NCBI GenBank assembly: GCA_052387335.1
Contig: JBQTJH010000080.1
Location: forward strand, 1 to 59,172
Length of the DNA: 59,172 nt
Direction of reading: 5' to 3'
Origin: Panacagrimonas sp.
GTDB lineage: Bacteria; Pseudomonadota; Gammaproteobacteria; Nevskiales; Nevskiaceae
The translations under genes and the position numbers were made by a program. Shown here piece after piece: positions 29,838-41,113 of the stretch; within the stretch, counting starts at the first letter, position 1, and each line of letters starts with the position of its first letter. Below the pieces are notes generated by a model. The model worked only from the letters and a program-made list of their open reading frames with translations, did not search any database and had not been told where the DNA came from.

Positions 29838-32726
29838 TCAGTGCCTCGGCTTGAACTCTGCTACTTCGCCCGGCGCCAGTTCACGCTCCTTGAGGATGAA
29901 CGAGGCAATAGCCGGCAGGATCAAGATGGCGCCAAACATGTTGCCGGTGAACATGAACACCAGCAGTGCGCCCATGTCCCGCTGGAACTGCAAGCCTGAC
30001 CACAACCAGGTTGCGACACCGAAGCCCAGCGTCACTCCGGTGAACACCACCGCCTTGCCGGTCATCTTGAGCGTCTTGTAGTAGGCATCCTTGGGCTTGA
30101 AGCCGCCTGCAAGCGCATCGGCGTAAGTGGCATAGATGTAAATGCCGTAGTCCACACCGATACCCACCGCAAGGGCCACCACCGGCAGGGTCGCCACTTT
30201 CATTCCAATACCCAGGATCGCCATGACGGCGTAGGCCATCCACGAGATCAGTGATAGCGGCAGCATGATCGAGACGATGGACTGCCATTCAAAGAACGAC
30301 AGGTAGACGCAGATCACGATGGCGATATAGACATAGAGCAAGATCGGCTTTTCGAGGCGGTGCACTTCCTCATTTGTTGCTGCCATAACGCCGACATTGG
30401 CAGTTGCCAAGGCAAAATTCACCGGACATAGCTTGTCGAAGCTGGCGAGCTTGGTCTCGGCCTCGGTGATCTTGGCGGTGGCTGCGACAACAGACGGCTG
30501 GTTCGGAATTTCCAGTTCTGGAATGTCCGGGTTGTCCTTCTTGAGCTTGTCGACCACCTTCTGTCTTTCGTGCTTGAGATTGCCTACCGCCCTTCGAGCA
30601 GAGAGCTTGTCCTCGCAGTATTTGGTGTTGACGTCGGTGTGCGTCTCGAAGAAGGCCGCTGCGTTCTCAGCGTTGAAGTCCTTGGTTTCTTGAACCACCC
30701 GCTCGATAGTCGACGCCTTGTGATCCTTCATGAACACGAAGATCGCCATTGCCGAACAGTTGGGATTGAGCAGGCCCGATGACGTCGGAATTGGCGTGAT
30801 CGACTGCACCATCGTGTACTGGTTTCGCGGCAATACCTTGAAGCGCGGATTGGCCTCCGAGAACGCGGAGTTCACCGTCTTGGCAACCTGCGGCAATGAC
30901 AGTGTGGACTGCACGCCCACCGTGTTGTCCATGGTCCAGGCGAAGCGGTCGATCTGCTCCATCACCTCGTATTTCACGCAGGCTTCCGGATCGGTCTCGG
31001 CCACGACCTTGAAGATGTCCAGGCCGATGGCGAAATTTGCTACCACCTCGGCGGTATCCAGGTTGTAGCGCGACTCCGGCAGCAGTTCCGGCACGCCGGC
31101 CTGACTGTCACCCACCTGCAGCGCCTTGCCCTGCCAGAAGCTCCATCCAAACAGAACGCCCATGGTCAGGATCGCGACCACGGCGGGCACAGGATTCACC
31201 ATGTTGGACAGCAAGCGCCAGAGTGGATCAAAGATGCTGTCGCGACGTTCCTGCTTGGCAACGAAATCGTCGATGTCCTTGATTTCGATCCACGTCAACA
31301 TGATCGGCATCATGATCTTGTTGGTCAGGATGATCGCCGCCATTCCAAGACAGGCATTGATCGCCATCTCACGCACGATATCAATCGGAATCAAGCCAAT
31401 CATGGCGAAGCCCGCCACGTCGGTCATGATCGCCATCGTTCCGTAGATCGCGAGGCGCCGCCAAGTAAACAGCGAGGCATCGAAACTGTTACGCCGATTT
31501 TCCGCAATCTCGCCAACCCAGGCGTTGACGTATTGCACGCCGTGCGACACCGACACCGCCAGAATGAGAAAAGGCACCAGGATTGCGAACGGATCCAGGC
31601 CAAATCCGAGTATGTGCAGCAGGCCGAATTCCCAGATGACGGCTACGATCGAGCACACCAGCGGCAACATGCTGAGCTTGAAGTCACCGACATACAGCCA
31701 CAACAGAATGCCGGTGAACACCAAGGTCACGCCGAAGAAACCGACCACGGCGAAGATCTCGTCGATGATGTCACCAACGACTTTGGCAAAGCCGATGATG
31801 TGGATGTTGATGTTGGGGTTGTATTGCGGGTTGTCCACCTCTTCGAAGCTGGTCTTGCCGCCCTTGATCGGAACCAGTTCAACCTTGCCCTCTTCGATCG
31901 GATAACCGTAGTCGAAGGTGGTGATGTGAATCTTCAGGCCCAGATCGACAAAGCCTTCTCCGACGACGGTGCCGGCCTTGATCGTGACGTCCTTGCCTGA
32001 CGACAGGGTGACGGTCTGATCCTCTTTGAGCTTGTAGATGCGCTTCTTGGCCTTGGTGAAGCGACCGCGCAGCTTGTCTTCCAGGTCATTGGCTACGCGT
32101 CCGTAATCGAGCTTTTCGCCGGTCACCGGATCAATTTCAAGCAACTCGGAGAAGATCAGCGCACCGGTCTGATCGGTGGTGGTGTAGCGACCGACATGGC
32201 CGCCCTTGCTGACATTGGCCTTGACCAGGTCATACATCTCCTGGGTAGGCGCATATTCCGCAGGAATGACATTTCCACCCTTGAACCCACCTTCGACGAC
32301 CTCGATATACCGAACATCGGGCGTGAACAACGATGAGACACGCGAACGATCCACGCCCTTGAGAAAGAACACCTCGTCGGTCGCCTGCTTGATACTGAGC
32401 AGGGTCTTTTCGTTGTAGATCTCTCCGACGCCTTCCTTGTTCATGATGGCAACCAGCACCGTGTTGGCCCCACCGAAATCCGCCATGTACTGCTTGAGCA
32501 CCTGCATATAGGGATGCTCAAGCGGCACTGACTTGTCGAAACCGGCGTCGGGCTTGATCAGCAGCATTTGCCAGAACAGGATCAGCGTGATGACGCTGAG
32601 GATCGTCATGGTCAGCTTGCGTCGGGCGAAAATTATCGGCTCGATCGCGCTGAGAATCTTGTGGGCCGTGCTCACCGCGCCGCTCGCGTACTCGTTGTTG
32701 TCGCGTGCGACGTCTTTCTCACTCAT
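29838..32726 (-). CDS. MMPL/RND family transporter
   Basis: Two-repeat RND topology; FGGANTV, LDPFAILVPFLILAVSVSHGVQ, KVATLPV..VGIGVDYGIY. Confidence 0.9.
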   Translation of the reverse strand: MSEKDVARDNNEYASGAVSTAHKILSAIEPIIFARRKLTMTILSVITLILFWQMLLIKPDAGFDKSVPLEHPYMQVLKQYMADFGGANTVLVAIMNKEGVGEIYNEKTLLSIKQATDEVFFLKGVDRSRVSSLFTPDVRYIEVVEGGFKGGNVIPAEYAPTQEMYDLVKANVSKGGHVGRYTTTDQTGALIFSELLEIDPVTGEKLDYGRVANDLEDKLRGRFTKAKKRIYKLKEDQTVTLSSGKDVTIKAGTVVGEGFVDLGLKIHITTFDYGYPIEEGKVELVPIKGGKTSFEEVDNPQYNPNINIHIIGFAKVVGDIIDEIFAVVGFFGVTLVFTGILLWLYVGDFKLSMLPLVCSIVAVIWEFGLLHILGFGLDPFAILVPFLILAVSVSHGVQYVNAWVGEIAENRRNSFDASLFTWRRLAIYGTMAIMTDVAGFAMIGLIPIDIVREMAINACLGMAAIILTNKIMMPIMLTWIEIKDIDDFVAKQERRDSIFDPLWRLLSNMVNPVPAVVAILTMGVLFGWSFWQGKALQVGDSQAGVPELLPESRYNLDTAEVVANFAIGLDIFKVVAETDPEACVKYEVMEQIDRFAWTMDNTVGVQSTLSLPQVAKTVNSAFSEANPRFKVLPRNQYTMVQSITPIPTSSGLLNPNCSAMAIFVFMKDHKASTIERVVQETKDFNAENAAAFFETHTDVNTKYCEDKLSARRAVGNLKHERQKVVDKLKKDNPDIPELEIPNQPSVVAATAKITEAETKLASFDKLCPVNFALATANVGVMAATNEEVHRLEKPILLYVYIAIVICVYLSFFEWQSIVSIMLPLSLISWMAYAVMAILGIGMKVATLPVVALAVGIGVDYGIYIYATYADALAGGFKPKDAYYKTLKMTGKAVVFTGVTLGFGVATWLWSGLQFQRDMGALLVFMFTGNMFGAILILPAIASFILKERELAPGEVAEFKPRH

Positions 32727-32784
32727 GTTCGCTCCCTGATCCCTTCGCGATGTGCTGTCGGCGATGTTCTGATTTCAAAGCTGC

Positions 32785-33810
32785 TTACAACTCGACGGTA
32801 CTGACCCCCAGTTCGCCCACCGCAAGCACACCGTTCTTCCAGGGAATGGCGCCCGACAAAGTGCCCGCGCCGGTGACGCCGGCCACAGCGTCGATCTTGG
32901 TGTTCTTGACCTGGCCGCTGGGTGACAAGATGGCAACCTCCCCCGCCAAGCCCACCAATGCGACATCGCCTGAAGGCAGCGCCGTACCGCCGAAGAACGA
33001 CGCCACGGTGCCTGTGTCGATCTGCGTCCACTGCCCGGAGCGCACATTGTCCGTGGTGTAAACATTGCCGCGCAGGCCAAATATCACCGCGCCGCTGTCA
33101 CCCCGCGGGAGAGCGCCATACAGCGAACCCTCGTAAGGCGCGGTCAGGCGTTCCCAGGTCTGACCATCAGACGACACGCCCATCATTCCGGTTTCTCCGA
33201 CTAGAAAGAAATCACCGTTACCGAGCCGCGTCAGCGCGTTGAAATGCAATTCCTCTTCTCGAATCGGCGGCGCGTCGAGTTCGGTCCACGTCGCACCACC
33301 ATCTTCGGTGGTCATGAACAGACCGTAGGCGCCAATGGCCATGCCACGGCTGGCATCCATAAACAGGACATCGAGGAAGGGCTTTTCCAGCTCCGGCGCA
33401 AAATTCTGCAGCTGCCAGGTACGCCCACCGTCCTTGCTGTGCAGGATCGACGCGTCATGGCCCACCGCCCAACCGAGGCTCTCATCGACGAACTCGACGG
33501 CCGTCAAAGTGGCCCGCACCGGCACTTCGACCTGCGCCCAGTTGGCACCGTCGTTGGATGCCACGATATTGCCGCGATCACCGACGGCGATCAGGTGTTT
33601 GCCAGAGTTGGCGATGCCGAGCAGCAGGGTGCGTGAGGCTAGCGGCGCGATCTCAGCGGATCGGGGCTTGACCGCCACGACCGCCTCTTCAGCGCTCTCG
33701 CTAGCGGCGTCGTCAGTCGCTTCATCGTCCTGCGCCGTGGCCAAGCCGCCGACTGCGCAGCACGCGCCAAGCGCAAGGATCCACAGTTTCCGCCGAATGG
33801 AATGAGTCAT
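32785..33810 (-). CDS. YCF48-like (BNR/Asp-box) periplasmic beta-propeller protein
   Basis: Signal peptide, AVGDRG, S.DG..W repeats, GWAVGHD, IGAYG, FGLRG. Confidence 0.88.
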   Translation of the reverse strand: MTHSIRRKLWILALGACCAVGGLATAQDDEATDDAASESAEEAVVAVKPRSAEIAPLASRTLLLGIANSGKHLIAVGDRGNIVASNDGANWAQVEVPVRATLTAVEFVDESLGWAVGHDASILHSKDGGRTWQLQNFAPELEKPFLDVLFMDASRGMAIGAYGLFMTTEDGGATWTELDAPPIREEELHFNALTRLGNGDFFLVGETGMMGVSSDGQTWERLTAPYEGSLYGALPRGDSGAVIFGLRGNVYTTDNVRSGQWTQIDTGTVASFFGGTALPSGDVALVGLAGEVAILSPSGQVKNTKIDAVAGVTGAGTLSGAIPWKNGVLAVGELGVSTVEL

Positions 33811-34098
33811 GGAATACACCTGCTGGAACACTTCAGGGAACACTGCGGCGCAGAGCGCCCAGCGCATTTAAGAAGAAATCCGAGCTTGAGTCCGCAGCGC
33901 CTGCAATCGGGAGTAAAGGCCGCGGCAGCACCGTGCAAAACCATGGCTCCCCCTGGCCCGATCCGCCGCACATCCTCCACCTCGCCATTGCCGCCCGTGC
34001 GGCTTATTTATAGATCGTACGGCCGCGTACGCGACGCCGTGCAAGTGCGAAGTCTTGTAGCAGAGGGCCCTACGTCACGCAATGTCGTCGTGATCGGC

Positions 34099-34851
34099 TC
34101 ACGAAGTCAGCCAGATCAATGCCCCCATACGCCCACACCGACCCTGCCGTCGATACGAAAAGAACAGCTCGGGCTCTGACACGGTGCAGCGATCACCGCC
34201 GTGCACCCTGGTGACGCCACACCTGGTCAGGCGCATGCGCGCCAGGGCGTAGAGGTCCGCCAGATAGCGCCCGCCCTCGCTGCGGCCGAAAGCGGCGGCC
34301 GCTGCCGCATCTTCTGCACAAAACGCGGCGCGAACCTCTTCGCCCACTTCAAAGGCATGGCGTCCAATTGCCGGTCCCATCCAGACGCTGAGAGCAGTCG
34401 GTGCAACTGGCAGCCGCGCGATTGTTGCCTCCAGCACCCCAGCGAGCAGCCCGCGCCAACCCGCATGCGCCGCCGCCACGTATCGCCCGCTGTCATCGGC
34501 GAACAACACAGGCAGGCAATCGGCGCTCATGACGACGCAGGCGTGTCCCGGCGCTCCGGTCCACGACGCATCTGCGCAAATAGGAGCTGAGTGACTCGTC
34601 AGCTGCACGACTTCGGTGCCATGGACTTGATCAAGCCAAGCTGGCTCGTGCTCGAGTTGGAGTGCCACGCGCAGATCGTGCCGGTTCGCCGCAACGGCGC
34701 TCGGATCATCACCCACATGATGGGCAAGGTTGAAACCCGCATACGGCCCTAGGCTATGCCCACCGACTCGGGTGGTGAAGCAGGCCGCCACGCGTGGATG
34801 CCGCGGCCAATCGGGATGAATCAGCGTCGGCGTCTTCACATCCAGCCGCAT
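34099..34851 (-). CDS. pgeF: Peptidoglycan editing factor PgeF (YfiH)
   Basis: TTRVGG.S, FNLAHHVGD, QVHG, ADCLPV, HAGWRGL, FFSYRR. Confidence 0.93.
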   Translation of the reverse strand: MRLDVKTPTLIHPDWPRHPRVAACFTTRVGGHSLGPYAGFNLAHHVGDDPSAVAANRHDLRVALQLEHEPAWLDQVHGTEVVQLTSHSAPICADASWTGAPGHACVVMSADCLPVLFADDSGRYVAAAHAGWRGLLAGVLEATIARLPVAPTALSVWMGPAIGRHAFEVGEEVRAAFCAEDAAAAAAFGRSEGGRYLADLYALARMRLTRCGVTRVHGGDRCTVSEPELFFSYRRQGRCGRMGALIWLTS

Positions 34852-34871
34852 GCAATCTCCGAGTTCGGATC

Positions 34872-36137
34872 TCAGTGGCGGCGACGTCCACCTCGCGGCG
34901 GCGCGCTGCCACCCCGACGGGGCGGACCGCTGCGGGGTCGCCGTGGTAGCGGCGGCGGTTTGACGAAGTCCTGCGGCATCCACTCTGCGGGAAAGTGTTC
35001 AGTGGGCAAGCGCGCGCCAATGTAGCGCTCGATATCTGGCAGGGAATACACCCAGGTCTCGCAGCACAGGGAGATCGCGTCACCGCTGGTCCCCGCCCGC
35101 GCAGTTCGGCCGATGCGGTGTACGTAATCTTCGGCGTCCTGCGGCAGGTCGTAATTGATGACGTGGCTCACCGCGGGAATGTGCAGACCACGTGCCGCCA
35201 CGTCGGTTGCCACCAGAATCGGCAACTTGCCGTCCTTGAATTCTTCCAGCAGTCGCAGACGCTTGTTCTGCGGCACGTCACCGGAAATCGTGTGTGCTTC
35301 GAATCCATTGGCGCGCAGCGCGTTCTCCACTTCTTCCGCGCCGCGCTTGGTGTTGATGAAGATCAAGGTACGCAGCGGATCGTGATGCCGCAGCAGCCCA
35401 ACCAGTACCTTGAGTTTGTCGTCGTTGGCCACGTGGATCAGCGTCTGGCGAACACGCTCGGCAGTGACCTGCTCAGGTTCAATCGATACCTGATGCGGGT
35501 CGTTCATGTGCTCGAACGCCAGTTCCAGCACACGCTGCGACAGGGTGGCGGAGAACAGATAATTGCGTCGCAGCGCCGGCGCCGGCATACGCCGCAGCAC
35601 GTAGCGGATGTCGTCGATGAAGCCGAGATCGAACATGCGGTCGGCCTCATCGAGCACCACCACTTCGATGTGCTTGAGCGTGTAGATGTCCTGCTTGAAG
35701 TAGTCGATCAGCCGCCCGGGTGTGCCGATCAAAATGTCCACGCCGGCCTGTATGGCCAGGCGCTGTGATTCATAGCCCGTGCCGCCGTAGCACACGGCCA
35801 GACGCAGACCGGTGTTGCCGCGCAACTGCATCGCATCGTCGTAGATCTGCACGGCCAACTCGCGCGTCGGCGCCAGGATGAACGCGCGCGGCTGACCGTC
35901 CGGCCCGGTTGCAGGCTTGGTCAGCAGTTGATTCATCGTTGCAAGCAGAAAGGCGGCGGTCTTGCCGGTTCCTGTTTGTGCTTGTCCGGCAAGGTCGCGG
36001 CCTTCAAGTGCCAGTGGCAGGGTCTGCGCCTGAATCGGCGTGCACCGGTCGAATCCTCGCTGAGCAATCGCGGCCAGAAGCCCTGGATGAAGCGGAAGAC
36101 TGTCGAAACGGATATTGGATAAATGATCTGCTTGCAT
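34872..36137 (-). CDS. rhlB: DEAD-box RNA helicase RhlB
   Basis: AQTGTGKT, PTRELA, DEADRMFDLGFI, VAARGLHIP, HRIGRTARAG; divergent from trxA-rho. Confidence 0.92.
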   Translation of the reverse strand: MQADHLSNIRFDSLPLHPGLLAAIAQRGFDRCTPIQAQTLPLALEGRDLAGQAQTGTGKTAAFLLATMNQLLTKPATGPDGQPRAFILAPTRELAVQIYDDAMQLRGNTGLRLAVCYGGTGYESQRLAIQAGVDILIGTPGRLIDYFKQDIYTLKHIEVVVLDEADRMFDLGFIDDIRYVLRRMPAPALRRNYLFSATLSQRVLELAFEHMNDPHQVSIEPEQVTAERVRQTLIHVANDDKLKVLVGLLRHHDPLRTLIFINTKRGAEEVENALRANGFEAHTISGDVPQNKRLRLLEEFKDGKLPILVATDVAARGLHIPAVSHVINYDLPQDAEDYVHRIGRTARAGTSGDAISLCCETWVYSLPDIERYIGARLPTEHFPAEWMPQDFVKPPPLPRRPRSGPPRRGGSAPPRGGRRRH

Positions 36138-36392
36138 GGATTGAATGCGATGTGGGCGCTTGCAAGGCCCAAGGGAATCGGCTCAAATACGAGCACTTCG
36201 GAAGTCGAGGGTACCTGCGAAAGGTCCTTGGCGCTTCCGCTCCAGCTAAATCCCCCGCAGCAACAGATCCATCATAACCGTCCGGTCTCGCCGATGCGCG
36301 GCACCGTCACAGGGTCTTGAGCCGGGTTCAGCCTGACCCCATCTTTATCGACGCGCGCAACTCGTCGCGTTCATGACACCCGAGGGCTTTCC

Positions 36393-36728
36393 ATGAGCGA
36401 ACACATCTCCCCCGTCACCGACGCATCCTTCGAACAGGATGTTCTCAAGTCAGATGTCCCCGTGCTGGTGGACTTCTGGGCCGAGTGGTGCGGGCCCTGC
36501 CGCATGATCGCGCCGATCCTGGAACAGGTCGCGGCAGAGAACGTCGGCAAGCTCAAGGTTGTAAAACTCAACGTGGACGAGAACCCGGGCACGCCCCCGA
36601 AGTTCGGCATCCGCGGCATCCCCACGCTGATCCTGTTCAAGGATGGACAGGCAGCGGCCACCCAGGTCGGCGCCGCTCACAAGGCACAGCTGACTGCTTT
36701 CGTCACTCCGCATGTCACAACCGCCTAA
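36393..36728 (+). CDS. trxA: Thioredoxin
   Basis: [18 protein letters not shown]. Confidence 0.97.
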   Translation: MSEHISPVTDASFEQDVLKSDVPVLVDFWAEWCGPCRMIAPILEQVAAENVGKLKVVKLNVDENPGTPPKFGIRGIPTLILFKDGQAAATQVGAAHKAQLTAFVTPHVTTA

Positions 36729-38304
36729 ACCCCCCCGCATGATGAAGCACCGTCGTCGTCACAACGGTCCGCGCAACAACAACAATAACCAGCAGCGCGG
36801 CGGTGGCGGTGGCGGTAACCAGCTAGAAGGCCTCCCGGTCGATATGACCGAGGAGGAGTTTGACGCTGAGATGGCACAGGCCGCAGCCGCGGCTCAGGCC
36901 CAGGCGGCTGATGGCTCGCTGACCGTTCCGCAGTCCATGAACGGGCTTGACGGACTGCCGGAAGACAACGACAACGGCGTTCCTACCCCGCAGGCGCCGC
37001 GCCCGCCGCAGGAATACCGCGCGCCGGGCGAGCCGCCCAAGATCGTGCGCATTCCCGATATCAAGAAGCAGAGCGCGGCGGCGCTGCTGGAGCTTGCCGA
37101 ATCGCAGGGCCTGGAGAACATTGCGCGCGCGCGCAAACAGGATCTGGTGTTCAACCTGCTCAAGGCCGCCGCGCGGCGTGGCGAACACATCATGGCCGAC
37201 GGCGTGCTGGAAACCATGCCCGATGGCTACGGCTTTCTGCGCGGTCCGGACAGCTCTTACCTAGCGGGTCCGGACGACGTTTACATCTCGCCCTCGCAGA
37301 TCCGCCGCTTCAGCCTGCGCACCGGTGACACCGTCTCGGGTCGCGTGCGCAGCCCCAAGGACAACGAGCGTTACTTCTCGCTGCTCAAGGTCGACTCGAT
37401 CAACTACGAGGCGCCCGAGGTCAGCAAGAAGAAGGTCAATTTCGAGAACCTCACACCGCTGTTCGCAGATGAGCAGTTCAAGATGGAGCGCGGCAACGGC
37501 ACCACCGAAGACATCACGGCGCGCGTCATCGACATCGTGGCGCCCTTCGGCAAAGGTCAGCGTGGTCTGATCGTCAGCCCGCCGAAAGCCGGCAAGACGA
37601 TGATGCTGCAGAACATCGCGCAGTCCATCGCCGCCAATTATCCGGACGTGTATCTGATCGTGCTGCTGATCGACGAGCGTCCAGAGGAAGTCACCGACAT
37701 GCAGCGCACCGTGCGCGGCGAAGTCGTGGCCTCAACCTTTGACGAACCGGCAGCACGTCACGTGCAGGTCACCGAGATGGTGATCGAAAAGGCCCGTCGA
37801 CTGGTCGAACACAAGCGTGACGTGGTGATCCTGCTGGACTCGATCACGCGTCTGGCGCGTGCCTACAACACGGTTGCGCCTTCATCCGGCAAGGTGCTGT
37901 CGGGCGGTGTGGACGCCAATGCACTGCAGAAACCCAAGCGCTTCTTTGGCGCGGCGCGCAACATCGAGGAAGGCGGGTCGCTGACCATCATCGCAACGGC
38001 GCTGATCGAGACCGGCTCGAAGATGGATGAGGTGATCTACGAAGAGTTCAAGGGCACCGGCAACATGGAAGAGCACCTGGAACGACGCATCGCCGAGAAG
38101 CGTATCTTCCCCGCCATCAACATCAATCGCTCCGGCACACGCAAGGAAGAGTTGATGATGAACGAGAAGGATCTGCAGAAGGTCTGGATCCTGCGCAAGC
38201 TGCTGCATCAGATGGACGAGCTGGCGGCGATGGAGTTGTTGCTCGATCGCATGAAGATGTCCAAGACCAACGAGTTGTTTTTCGAGTCAATGAAGCGGAA
38301 TTGA
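36712..38304 (+). CDS. rho: Transcription termination factor Rho with N-terminal extension
   Basis: [53 protein letters not shown]. Start uncertain (36712, 36739 or 36742). Confidence 0.96.
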   Translation: MSQPPKPPRMMKHRRRHNGPRNNNNNQQRGGGGGGNQLEGLPVDMTEEEFDAEMAQAAAAAQAQAADGSLTVPQSMNGLDGLPEDNDNGVPTPQAPRPPQEYRAPGEPPKIVRIPDIKKQSAAALLELAESQGLENIARARKQDLVFNLLKAAARRGEHIMADGVLETMPDGYGFLRGPDSSYLAGPDDVYISPSQIRRFSLRTGDTVSGRVRSPKDNERYFSLLKVDSINYEAPEVSKKKVNFENLTPLFADEQFKMERGNGTTEDITARVIDIVAPFGKGQRGLIVSPPKAGKTMMLQNIAQSIAANYPDVYLIVLLIDERPEEVTDMQRTVRGEVVASTFDEPAARHVQVTEMVIEKARRLVEHKRDVVILLDSITRLARAYNTVAPSSGKVLSGGVDANALQKPKRFFGAARNIEEGGSLTIIATALIETGSKMDEVIYEEFKGTGNMEEHLERRIAEKRIFPAININRSGTRKEELMMNEKDLQKVWILRKLLHQMDELAAMELLLDRMKMSKTNELFFESMKRN

Positions 38305-38323
38305 AGCGCCAGGCGCGTCAATC

Positions 38324-38350
38324 AAAAAAGCCGGCATTGCCGGCTTTTTT
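38324..38350. terminator. Bidirectional intrinsic terminator (rho/purD)
   Basis: AAAAAAGCCGGC-ATT-GCCGGCTTTTTT. Confidence 0.9.
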
Positions 38351-38376
38351 GTTGCACCGGAGGCTGGCCGCTCAGT

Positions 38377-39651
38377 TCAACGACCGATCGCCCGATAGCC
38401 GATGTCCTTGCGGTACTGCACGCCGTCCCAGTCGATGCGACTAACACCAGCGTACGCCGCCGTCTGCGCAGCGGCCACATCGGCACCACGTGCCACCACG
38501 CACAGTACGCGGCCACCCGACGTCACCACCTGACCATTGTTGAGCGCGGTCCCGGCGTGAAAGGCCTTGGCCGCACCCAGATCGGCGTCGAGCCCGCGAA
38601 TGACGTCGTGCTTGCGCACCGTACCGGGATAGCCGTACGCGGCCATCACCACACCCAGCGCGGGCTGCGCGCTCCATCGAACGTCGACGCGATCCAGCTT
38701 GGCGTCCAGCGCGCCTTCGAGCAGCTCAAGCAGATCGGAGTCGAGCCGGAACAGGATCGGCTGCGTCTCTGGATCGCCCATGCGCGTGTTGAATTCCAGC
38801 ACCTTGATACCGCCATGGCGATCAATCATCAGGCCGGCGTACAGAAATCCTCCAAAGGGACTGCCCTCAGCCGCCATGCCCGCCAGCGTGGGCTCGATCA
38901 CGTCGCGGCAAACCCGCGCGTGAATCTCCGGCGTCACCACCGGTGCGGGAGAGTACGCCCCCATCCCGCCGGTATTGGGCCCCTGATCGGCGTCGAAGAT
39001 GCGCTTGTGATCCTGACTCGTGGCCAAGGTCACGTACTGGCGTTCATTGGCCACCACGATGAAGCTGGCCTCCTCGCCGTCGAGAAATTCCTCGATCACC
39101 ACACGCGAACCGGCAGCGCCGAGTGCGTTGCCCGACAGCATGTCCTGCACGGCCGCACGCGCCTCGTCCAGCGACATGGCCACGACCACGCCCTTGCCGG
39201 CGGCCAGACCGTCTGCCTTGATCACGATGGGCGCGCCGCGCGCATTCAGATAGGCCAATGCAGGGCCGACCTCGGTGAACACAGCGTATTCGGCAGTGGG
39301 AATCTGGTGACGCGCCAGAAAATCCTTGGTGAAGGCCTTGGAGCTCTCCAGCCTCGCCGCACTGCGCGTGGGCCCGAAAATGCGCAGCCCGGCATTGCGG
39401 AACGTGTCGACGATCCCCAGCGAAAGCGGTCCCTCCGGACCCACCACGGTCAGATCCACCTTCTCGCTCTGCGCCAGTCGCAGCAAGCCAGCGATGTCTT
39501 CAGCGGCAATCTCGACATTGCGGCAACCGGCTTCGGTGGCGGTGCCGGCGTTGCCGGGTGCCACCAGCACTTCGCGCACGCGTGTCGAGGCCGCCAGCTT
39601 CCAGGCCAGAGCGTGCTCGCGACCGCCACTGCCTACCACCAGAATTTTCAT
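38377..39651 (-). CDS. purD: Phosphoribosylamine-glycine ligase
   Basis: MKILVVGSGGREHAL, KADGLAAGKGV, SQDHKR, GPNTGGMGAYSP, EFNTRMGDPETQ. Confidence 0.97.
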   Translation of the reverse strand: MKILVVGSGGREHALAWKLAASTRVREVLVAPGNAGTATEAGCRNVEIAAEDIAGLLRLAQSEKVDLTVVGPEGPLSLGIVDTFRNAGLRIFGPTRSAARLESSKAFTKDFLARHQIPTAEYAVFTEVGPALAYLNARGAPIVIKADGLAAGKGVVVAMSLDEARAAVQDMLSGNALGAAGSRVVIEEFLDGEEASFIVVANERQYVTLATSQDHKRIFDADQGPNTGGMGAYSPAPVVTPEIHARVCRDVIEPTLAGMAAEGSPFGGFLYAGLMIDRHGGIKVLEFNTRMGDPETQPILFRLDSDLLELLEGALDAKLDRVDVRWSAQPALGVVMAAYGYPGTVRKHDVIRGLDADLGAAKAFHAGTALNNGQVVTSGGRVLCVVARGADVAAAQTAAYAGVSRIDWDGVQYRKDIGYRAIGR

Positions 39652-39782
39652 TGTCTTGTCCACAGTTGCGGCACGCTGATTCAAGGGGGCGCATGGTCTA
39701 CAAGCCTGCGAGCCGACGCAAGCGCAGGTCGGATCGGCAAGCGGCAGTATCATGATGCTTCGTCTGCCTATCCGCCCTCCCG

Positions 39783-40670
39783 ATGACGGCTCCGTTGTTT
39801 GAAACCCAGCTCTCCAGCCTGCCCCTGGTCCATCGCGGCAAGGTGCGCGACATCTATGCCGTAGGCGCGCAGCATCTGTTGATTGTCACCACTGATCGTC
39901 TGTCGGCCTTTGACGTGATCCTGTCTCGACCGATCCCGGGCAAGGGCGCCGTCTTGACCCGCCTCACCGAGTTCTGGATGCAGCGGTTTGCAACGCGCGT
40001 CCCCAACCAGTTGGCGCCGGAGATGCGCCTGGAAGACTGGCTCACACCGGCCGAGCTGGCGCCGCTGGCAGGGCGTGCGGTGATCGTGAAAAAGCTCAAA
40101 GCCATTCCGGTGGAGTGCGTGGCGCGCGGCTATTTGATCGGCTCCGGCTGGAAGGATTACCAGAAGACCGCTGCGGTCTGCGGCATCAAGCTGCCCGCGG
40201 GTCTGCGCATGGCCGATCGCCTGCCCGAACCGATCTTCACCCCTGCCGACAAGGCGCCGGTGGGCCAGCACGACGAGAACATCAGCTTTGCCGACGTCGA
40301 GACCCGCCTCGGCCCGGAACTGGCCCAGACGCTGCGCGAACTGACCTTGGAGATCTATCGAGAGGCCAGCACCTACGCATTGGCGCGCGGGATCATCGTG
40401 GCCGACACCAAGTTCGAGTTCGGCCTGGACGACGCGGGCCGCGTGCATTTGATCGACGAAGTGCTCACCCCGGACTCCTCGCGATTCTGGCCGGCGGACA
40501 CCTGGCAGCCCGGCATCAGCCCCCCCAGCTTCGACAAGCAGATCGTGCGCGACTGGCTGGAGGCTCAGCCCTGGGACAAGACCGCGCCGGGCCCCTGGCT
40601 ACCCGACGCAATCGCCGAGCGGACGGCTGCGCGTTACGCCGAGGCGCAACAGAAGCTGATGGCGGCGTAA
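39783..40670 (+). CDS. purC: SAICAR synthase
   Basis: [42 protein letters not shown]. Confidence 0.97.
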   Translation: MTAPLFETQLSSLPLVHRGKVRDIYAVGAQHLLIVTTDRLSAFDVILSRPIPGKGAVLTRLTEFWMQRFATRVPNQLAPEMRLEDWLTPAELAPLAGRAVIVKKLKAIPVECVARGYLIGSGWKDYQKTAAVCGIKLPAGLRMADRLPEPIFTPADKAPVGQHDENISFADVETRLGPELAQTLRELTLEIYREASTYALARGIIVADTKFEFGLDDAGRVHLIDEVLTPDSSRFWPADTWQPGISPPSFDKQIVRDWLEAQPWDKTAPGPWLPDAIAERTAARYAEAQQKLMAA

Positions 40671-40713
40671 CAGCGATCCGCTACTCTCACACTCTCAACC
40701 TGGGGAGACCGCC

Positions 40714-41016
40714 GTGCAGATCAAGATCGAAATCGACGTCAAGCCTGAAGAGTTGCGCCGCTTTCTCGGCCTGCCCGATGTGGCGGGTATTCAGGACGAC
40801 ATCGTTCAGTTCCTGCGCGAGAAGGTTGGGCAGGTCAACGAGACGTTCAATGCATCCGACTTCGTCAAGGGCAACCTGGAACAGCTCAAGCAATCACCTG
40901 CACTCAAGCGCCTGCTGACGCGGATCAATCTAAGTACGGATTCAGAGCCAGCGCCAGAACCGCCGGCCAAGGCCGCGCGCAAGTCGAGCCCAAGGAAGTC
41001 CAGGCGCGGCAAATGA
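40714..41016 (+). CDS. DUF6489-like small protein
   Basis: IKIEIDVKPEELRRFLGLPDV; GGGAG RBS before GTG. Confidence 0.7.
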   Translation: MQIKIEIDVKPEELRRFLGLPDVAGIQDDIVQFLREKVGQVNETFNASDFVKGNLEQLKQSPALKRLLTRINLSTDSEPAPEPPAKAARKSSPRKSRRGK

Positions 41017-41051
41017 GCGACGACGCACGTCCGGTTCAGGCGCGCGGACAC

Positions 41052-41084
41052 AAAAAAAGCCGGGGCATAGACCCCGGCTTTTTT
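41052..41084. terminator. Bidirectional intrinsic terminator
   Basis: AAAAAAAGCCGGGG-CATAGA-CCCCGGCTTTTTT. Confidence 0.9.
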
Positions 41085-41113
41085 GCGCCCCAACCTCAGA
41101 GCGCGGATGTCAC

